Assembly (NCBI GenBank): GCA_013204395.1
Contig: JABMNZ010000008.1
Coordinates: 15,014-79,013, forward strand
DNA: 64,000 nucleotides
Source: Parcubacteria group bacterium
GTDB taxonomy: Bacteria; Patescibacteriota; Patescibacteriia; UBA9934; GWF2-40-263
Direction: 5' to 3'
Part shown: one piece after another, positions 59,158 to 64,000 of the stretch
How positions within the stretch are numbered: the first letter of the stretch is position 1
Layout of the letters: every line of letters starts with the position of its first letter
Program-made: the position numbers and the translations under genes
The notes under the pieces: generated by a model
Databases searched by the model: none
The model's input: only the letters and a program-made list of their open reading frames with translations
Told to the model about the DNA's origin: nothing

Positions 59158-59724
59158 ATGCCATCACCAAACGATATTAAGAAAGGAACAATTATCAATC
59201 GCAATGGAGATTTGTTGTTGGTCGTAGATTTTCAAAGAGTTTCACCTGGTAAAGGTGGTTCCTTCGTGCGAACAAAAACAAAAAATTTAAGAACGGGGAA
59301 GGTGCTTGAAGAAAATTTGAAAGCAGCTGAACCCATGGTGTTTGAGGATGTTCAGTATAAAAAGATGCAGTATCTTTTTAACGACGGAAACCTGTATACG
59401 TTTATGGATAACCAGACGTTTGAACAGGTCTCCATTTCAAAAGACGAGATGGAAAGTGAGATTCCTTATCTGAAGGAGGGATTAGAGATTACTGTGGTTA
59501 TGCATAATGAAGCTGCTGTTACAGTGTCTCTTCCACAGAAGATTGAATATACCGTTGTTTATACAGAGCCTGCTGTAAAAGGAGATACTGCCTCAGGAAA
59601 TGTCCTGAAGGAAGCTGAGATGGATAATGGGCTTATTGCAAAAGTGCCAGCGTTTATTCATCAGGGAGATGTGGTAGTGATTAATACAGATACAGGTGCC
59701 TATTCAGAACGCATAAGTAAATAG
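59158..59724 (+). CDS. efp: Elongation factor P
   Basis: PGKGG loop, FMD..TFEQ, TEPAVKGDT. Confidence 0.96.
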   Translation: MPSPNDIKKGTIINRNGDLLLVVDFQRVSPGKGGSFVRTKTKNLRTGKVLEENLKAAEPMVFEDVQYKKMQYLFNDGNLYTFMDNQTFEQVSISKDEMESEIPYLKEGLEITVVMHNEAAVTVSLPQKIEYTVVYTEPAVKGDTASGNVLKEAEMDNGLIAKVPAFIHQGDVVVINTDTGAYSERISK

Positions 59725-59770
59725 ATAAAAGAAAAGGCCCCGCGTTGCGGGGTCGTTTTTGTTTCCAGAT

Positions 59771-60439
59771 CTACCGTGGTTGGCGGATCGGGATGAATCC
59801 TCGGTGTTGTTGGTGCCAATGCTGTGGCGCTGTGCTGAGGATTCTTCTCTCGATGAGCCGTGGGGATCGTTGTGGGAAAAAGATCTTCTTGGCCGCGCGG
59901 GCCTGTTCGATCAGTTCCCTTACTCGCGTCTGTTGCCGCCTCTGTTCCTTGTGTAGTGCATGTAGGACGCGGTCGCCTACAAGTTCCATCAGGCTGAATC
60001 TCTGTGTGGGAGGGTTGCGACGAGATCTGCCGATGTTGATGCGAACACCGAAAAGGCGATGCCGTCCGAAGTTTCGAAAACGACGAACAATGTCCTTGAT
60101 GGCCCAGGCAACCCGCACGGCGATTCGTGAAATCGACTGATGACGAGAAGCAATAATCTCGATGTAAACACGAACACCTCGCCTTGTGGTGCTCAGCGCG
60201 GCTACAGCGAAGTCAGTCATCTTGCGACGGTTGTCCCTGCGAAGGGTCAACTGCATCTCGAAAGTGGGTTCATGTCTTGCGTGTGGTGGTGGGAGGATCC
60301 TGAGATCCACTCTCTGGGAGATGTTTCCCTTTGTTCCACGAGTGAGTTCATGTGGGACTGCCATTCGTGACAGTTCTTCACTGAGCTCAAGCTCCAACTC
60401 AAGTCCAGCTTTAAATCCACCGTGACGTCGATTGCCCAT
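59771..60439 (-). CDS. Orphan Arg-rich basic protein
   Basis: 222-aa ORF, GGGGAG upstream, shared terminator with efp. Confidence 0.6.
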   Translation of the reverse strand: MGNRRHGGFKAGLELELELSEELSRMAVPHELTRGTKGNISQRVDLRILPPPHARHEPTFEMQLTLRRDNRRKMTDFAVAALSTTRRGVRVYIEIIASRHQSISRIAVRVAWAIKDIVRRFRNFGRHRLFGVRINIGRSRRNPPTQRFSLMELVGDRVLHALHKEQRRQQTRVRELIEQARAAKKIFFPQRSPRLIERRILSTAPQHWHQQHRGFIPIRQPR

Positions 60440-60530
60440 GCATTCTCTCCCCAGCGTTGATCGCTGAATTAATCGTAACGGTTGAGAGAGTATCTGACAA
60501 GAAAGCAGGGCCTATGGCCCTGCTTTCTTG

Positions 60531-61559
60531 TCATCGTGCTAGTTCACCTGCTTCTATGGCTGTTTCTATATCTTCACGCAACTTTTTTGTGACCTTTGGG
60601 TTTTCTTTGAGGAACAATTTTGCACTTTCTCGTCCGAGCCCCAATTTTTCTTCCCCGTAGTAATAGTTGTTTCCTTTTTTCTCCAGAACACCATAGGGGA
60701 CACCTAGCTCTAGAAGATCTCCCGTGATAGAAATTCCCTCGTTGTACATGATGTCGAACTCACAGGTACGGAATGGGGGAGCGACTTTATTTTTAACAAT
60801 CTTTACCTTAGTACGGTTTCCTATAATTTTTTCGGCTTGTTTGATCTGTGCACTGCGTCGGATTTCAATTCGCACAGAAGAGTAGAACTTGAGAGCCTTA
60901 CCTCCCGTGGTGGTCTCTGGGTTTCCAAACACGACACCGATCTTCATGCGGATCTGGTTGATGAAGATGACGGTGGTGTTTGATTTGCTGACAATGGCTG
61001 CCAGCTTGCGGAGAGCCTGGGACATGAGACGAGCATGAAGACCCATATGAGAGTCACCCATGTCGCCTTCAATTTCTGCTCTAGGTGTAAGGGCAGCGAC
61101 CGAATCGATCACGATGACATCCACGGCGCTTGAGCGGACGAGTGTTTCTACAATCTCAAGGGCCTGTTCTCCTGTGTCAGGTTGTGAGATGAAAAGCTCG
61201 TCGATGTTTACGCCGATCTTTTGTGCATATTCTGGATCCAGAGCGTGCTCAGCATCTACGAAGGCAGCAAGGCCGCCATTTTTTTGAACTTCAGCAACGA
61301 TGTGTTGAGCGAGCGTTGTTTTTCCAGAAGACTCTGGGCCATAGATCTCGATGATACGTCCTCTTGGGACACCTCCGACTCCAAGGGCAAGATCTAGTGA
61401 TAAACACCCCGTGGATATGGACTCCACTTTCATGGTTTGAGCCTCTCCAAGACGCATGATGGCTCCGTCGCCAAAACGCTGTTTAATTTGAGCAATAGCA
61501 TCAAGTGCAGCCTTTGAACGTGCGTCCGTGTCTAGTGCTTTCGTGATTTGTTTAGCCAT
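60531..61559 (-). CDS. recA: Recombinase RecA
   Basis: [36 protein letters not shown]. Confidence 0.98.
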   Translation of the reverse strand: MAKQITKALDTDARSKAALDAIAQIKQRFGDGAIMRLGEAQTMKVESISTGCLSLDLALGVGGVPRGRIIEIYGPESSGKTTLAQHIVAEVQKNGGLAAFVDAEHALDPEYAQKIGVNIDELFISQPDTGEQALEIVETLVRSSAVDVIVIDSVAALTPRAEIEGDMGDSHMGLHARLMSQALRKLAAIVSKSNTTVIFINQIRMKIGVVFGNPETTTGGKALKFYSSVRIEIRRSAQIKQAEKIIGNRTKVKIVKNKVAPPFRTCEFDIMYNEGISITGDLLELGVPYGVLEKKGNNYYYGEEKLGLGRESAKLFLKENPKVTKKLREDIETAIEAGELAR

Positions 61560-61625
61560 ATAATAGAATTTCAGGGAATCAATTGTGGGTAGCTTAACAG
61601 GGTAGGTAAAAGATACAAGAGGGTA

Positions 61626-61823
61626 TTATTCTGCGTCATCAAGCATGGACCATGGCTTATTATCCATAAGCTTTTTCTGGGCCTCCCAAGGGGTAAACAC
61701 CCCAATGGGACTGTTATGCTTCATGATCACGTACCGTTTGTTACTGGTTGGTTTTGTGATAAGAGCGAAGTTTCTTAAAAAATCTCGCACTGAAATGGGC
61801 TCGGTTTTTATTTTGCTAGCCAT
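61626..61823 (-). CDS. Small Phd/YefM-like antitoxin-fold protein
   Basis: ISVRDFLRNF...YVIMKHNSPIGVFTP; TTGACA-17-TTTAAT promoter. Confidence 0.55.
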   Translation of the reverse strand: MASKIKTEPISVRDFLRNFALITKPTSNKRYVIMKHNSPIGVFTPWEAQKKLMDNKPWSMLDDAE

Positions 61824-61928
61824 AGGGGTAGGGATCATGACTTACCTGTCTATTAAATCAGCTTGTCAGACTTTTGTCAAACAATTGTCTGACAATATAA
61901 AAACAAAAAAACCGTGTTAACGGTTTAT

Positions 61929-62073
61929 CTCCATAAGTGTTGAGGAAGCCTGTCTTGGTAAGGTCTGTACTCCTCACTTTGATTTGTTCCTCATCACTTA
62001 TGGGGCCCCGAGCAATAGCTAACGAAACCCCGTATCCCGCTAGGCGGAACGGCTCTCGAGCTTGTTGCTCGGG
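61929..62073 (-). repeat. Double-hairpin element, copy C (diverged)
   Basis: CCCGAGC..GCTCGGG then CCATAAGTG..CACTTATGG containing AGG-AGTACAGA-CCT. Confidence 0.55.
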
Positions 62074-62116
62074 TTGTGCCTGTCATGACCCAGGGGTCAA
62101 CGACAGGTCGTTGTTC

Positions 62117-62773
62117 TTAGGAAGTCTCGCTCACTTCCACTTGCGGGCAGGACTCATGGCCCAGAGCACGCATGTCAGCTCCGGCGCGTAGCCACAGCTG
62201 GTCTAGGACTTGCTGCGGAGTGATGCCGTGGGTGTCGAACGCGACGACAAAGGGGTCGCCATCAAGTTCGTTACTTACCCTGTAACCCACGGGGCAGCGC
62301 CAGGAAGTGCCGTTTATGCCAGCACCGAGCATCCTATTAATCTGCAGTGAAGCGATCAGGAGCCTTCGGATTGCTTCAGTGGCTTCCTGCCAGAATTGAA
62401 GTATGGTCGGCATCCAGAGCTCTGGATCCAGAATGGTCCCTTGTAGGTTTGCATCGGTCAAGATGGCCCCGTGCAGACGTGAGAAGGTCAAGGTGGCCCC
62501 GGTCAAGTTGGCCCCGGTCAGGTCAGCTCCTACCAGGTCAGCCTCATCAAGGCTGGCATTGACCATGACCGCAGCAGCGAAACTTGCCCTGCGAGCATGG
62601 ACCTTCTTCATGTTGGCCCCGGTCAGGTCAGCATACGTGAGGTCCGCGCCAGTCATGAAGATTCTTTGCAAGTCAGAATCACGGAGATCCAGCTGACTTC
62701 CTTTTACCTTTCGACGCTCAGCGATCGCCTCACGGCCAAGCTTGGCAGCGGCGTAGTCTTCTCTGTCGGCCAC
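62117..62773 (-). CDS. Pentapeptide-repeat protein
   Basis: ADLTY/ADLTG/ANLTG repeats; GGAGG SD before GTG 62773. Confidence 0.85.
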   Translation of the reverse strand: MADREDYAAAKLGREAIAERRKVKGSQLDLRDSDLQRIFMTGADLTYADLTGANMKKVHARRASFAAAVMVNASLDEADLVGADLTGANLTGATLTFSRLHGAILTDANLQGTILDPELWMPTILQFWQEATEAIRRLLIASLQINRMLGAGINGTSWRCPVGYRVSNELDGDPFVVAFDTHGITPQQVLDQLWLRAGADMRALGHESCPQVEVSETS

Positions 62774-62821
62774 GTTGGCCTCCGGTTTCACCGAGGGGAT
62801 TCATCGGTGGTTGATTGGAGA

Positions 62822-62926
62822 GACTCCATCGCTCAGCTCGAGAAAATCGAGGGGAATGATGGAGTCCCGAGTGCAAGCGAACGGGAATCCACGTCTTGGA
62901 TCCGTGCGCTTGGCTCGGGCGTTCGT
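62822..62926 (-). repeat. Double-hairpin element, copy A
   Basis: ACGAACGCCCGAGCCAAGCGC...TCGCTTGCACTCGGGACTCCATC...GATGGAGTC. Confidence 0.7.
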
Positions 62927-62927
62927 T

Positions 62928-63596
62928 CTAGATCTGCGGACAGCTCTCGTGGCCCAGCTCGCGCAGGTCCGACTCGCGTCGGGCCCAGAGCTCGTTGAGC
63001 ACCTGCTGGGCGGTCACGGCGTGGCCGTACCAGGCGTGCGTGAAGCCGGTGAAGCTGGCCTGCCCCTGCGGGAAGTCGTTGCCCATGACTCCGTCGGGAG
63101 ACTGGCTCAGGTTCTTCCAGCTGGGGTTGCTGATGTGCCTGGGGTCGTCCAGGAGGTCGATGACCTCTTCGCGCAGCTCACGATCCGCAGCATCCCACTG
63201 GGTGCCGAGAATCTCGAACCACACGTTGGGATCCAGGAAGGTTCCCTCCAGGTCGGCCTCCTCCATGGTGGCGCCGTTGAAAAACGCACCCTTGAGAATC
63301 GCCTCCGTGAGGTCAGCGTAGCTCAGGTCCGAGTTGCTGAAGGCCACGCCCGAGAGGTCAGCCCCCGAGAAGTTGGTCCACACGCACTTGGTCCTCCAGA
63401 GGCTCGCACCGCTCAGGTCCGAGCCCGAGAGGTTGGCACCGGAGAGGTCGGCTCCGCCCCACTCCATGAACATGAGGTTCATGCCCGAGAGGTTGGCAGC
63501 GGTCAGGTCCAGCTTGCCGCCGGGGTTCGCCGTGTTCCAGGCGTCGACAGCAGCTTTCCCTTCGAGAACGAGAGCGATGTGCTTGGGGTTGGCCAT
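62928..63596 (-). CDS. Pentapeptide-repeat protein, paralog of 62117-62773
   Basis: ANLSG/ADLSG repeats; shared C-terminus QQVL..LW.R...D.R.LGHESCPQ; SD AAGGAG. Confidence 0.88.
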   Translation of the reverse strand: MANPKHIALVLEGKAAVDAWNTANPGGKLDLTAANLSGMNLMFMEWGGADLSGANLSGSDLSGASLWRTKCVWTNFSGADLSGVAFSNSDLSYADLTEAILKGAFFNGATMEEADLEGTFLDPNVWFEILGTQWDAADRELREEVIDLLDDPRHISNPSWKNLSQSPDGVMGNDFPQGQASFTGFTHAWYGHAVTAQQVLNELWARRESDLRELGHESCPQI

Positions 63597-63678
63597 GAAG
63601 GCTCCTTTTCTTCAACTTAACCCAGTTAACGGGACGAGAAGATCTCGTATGTTCGGTGAATATGAATTGCGTTCTGAA

Positions 63679-63800
63679 ACTCCACCCCTAACGAGACGCA
63701 ACCAGGTCTGTACTCCTGATGGTCTCGTCATAGATGGAGTCCCGAGCGCAAGCGATCAGGACCCCGTCATGGGTCTCAAGCGCTTGGCTCGGGCGTTCGT
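63679..63800 (-). repeat. Double-hairpin element, copy B
   Basis: ACGAACGCCCGAGCCAAGCGC...TCGCTTGCGCTCGGGACTCCATC...GGTGGAGT with AGG-AGTACAGA-CCT. Confidence 0.7.
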
Positions 63801-63803
63801 GTG

Positions 63804-64000
63804 CTAGTCCAGGTCCTGGTCGAACTCTTCGAACCAGGCCGGCTCGTCATCGTCAAACCCACCTTCCAGATCGAGACGTCGATCTGCCCAGTAGTCGAAC
63901 CAGACTTCAGCCTGCACCATCACCGCATCGTCATCGTCACCGACGTCTTCTTCGTCGGAAAACAGCAGGAGGTGGGGAGGCAGTTCCTGCTCGGCATGGA
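63804..64000 (-). CDS. C-terminal part of a very acidic orphan protein (runs off window end)
   Basis: Manual translation ...FSDEEDVGDDDDAVMVQAEVWFDYWADRRLDLEGGFDDDEPAWFEEFDQDLD*. Confidence 0.55.
   Translation of the reverse strand, partial: HAEQELPPHLLLFSDEEDVGDDDDAVMVQAEVWFDYWADRRLDLEGGFDDDEPAWFEEFDQDLD

Noticed and set aside
61929-63800. Repeats as a CRISPR array or canonical attC sites
   Set aside because: They are spaced by whole genes, there are no cas genes, and RYYYAAC/GTTRRRY ends are missing

Overview
Bacterial chromosome segment whose gene content and style point to Patescibacteria/CPR (inference from gene set, WxL-like surface operon and REP-like repeats). The core genes are hppA (partial), rnhB, uppS, comM, lspA, a DksA/TraR-type gene, pnp, rpsO, a Xer-type recombinase, polA, holA, rpsT, rmuC, ychF, rpsF-ssb-rpsR-epmA-efp and recA, plus four tRNAs. 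A 13-kb surface operon ends in a ~2585-aa fibre-like protein. Interspersed are about 20 orphan genes that are GC-richer, have strong Shine-Dalgarno (SD) sites and structured 3' UTRs, unlike the mostly SD-less, short-leader core genes. Main leads: (1) a double-hairpin element with covarying stems repeated three times after tandem orphan genes at 61.9-63.8 kb; (2) the two-class gene architecture; (3) an unassigned ~380-nt structured RNA candidate with its own promoter at 7.3-7.7 kb; (4) a divergent RelA/SpoT-synthetase-like orphan at 22.2-23.4 kb. No CRISPR array, rRNA, transposase or reverse transcriptase was seen. All calls are by eye; no database searches or folding programs were run.
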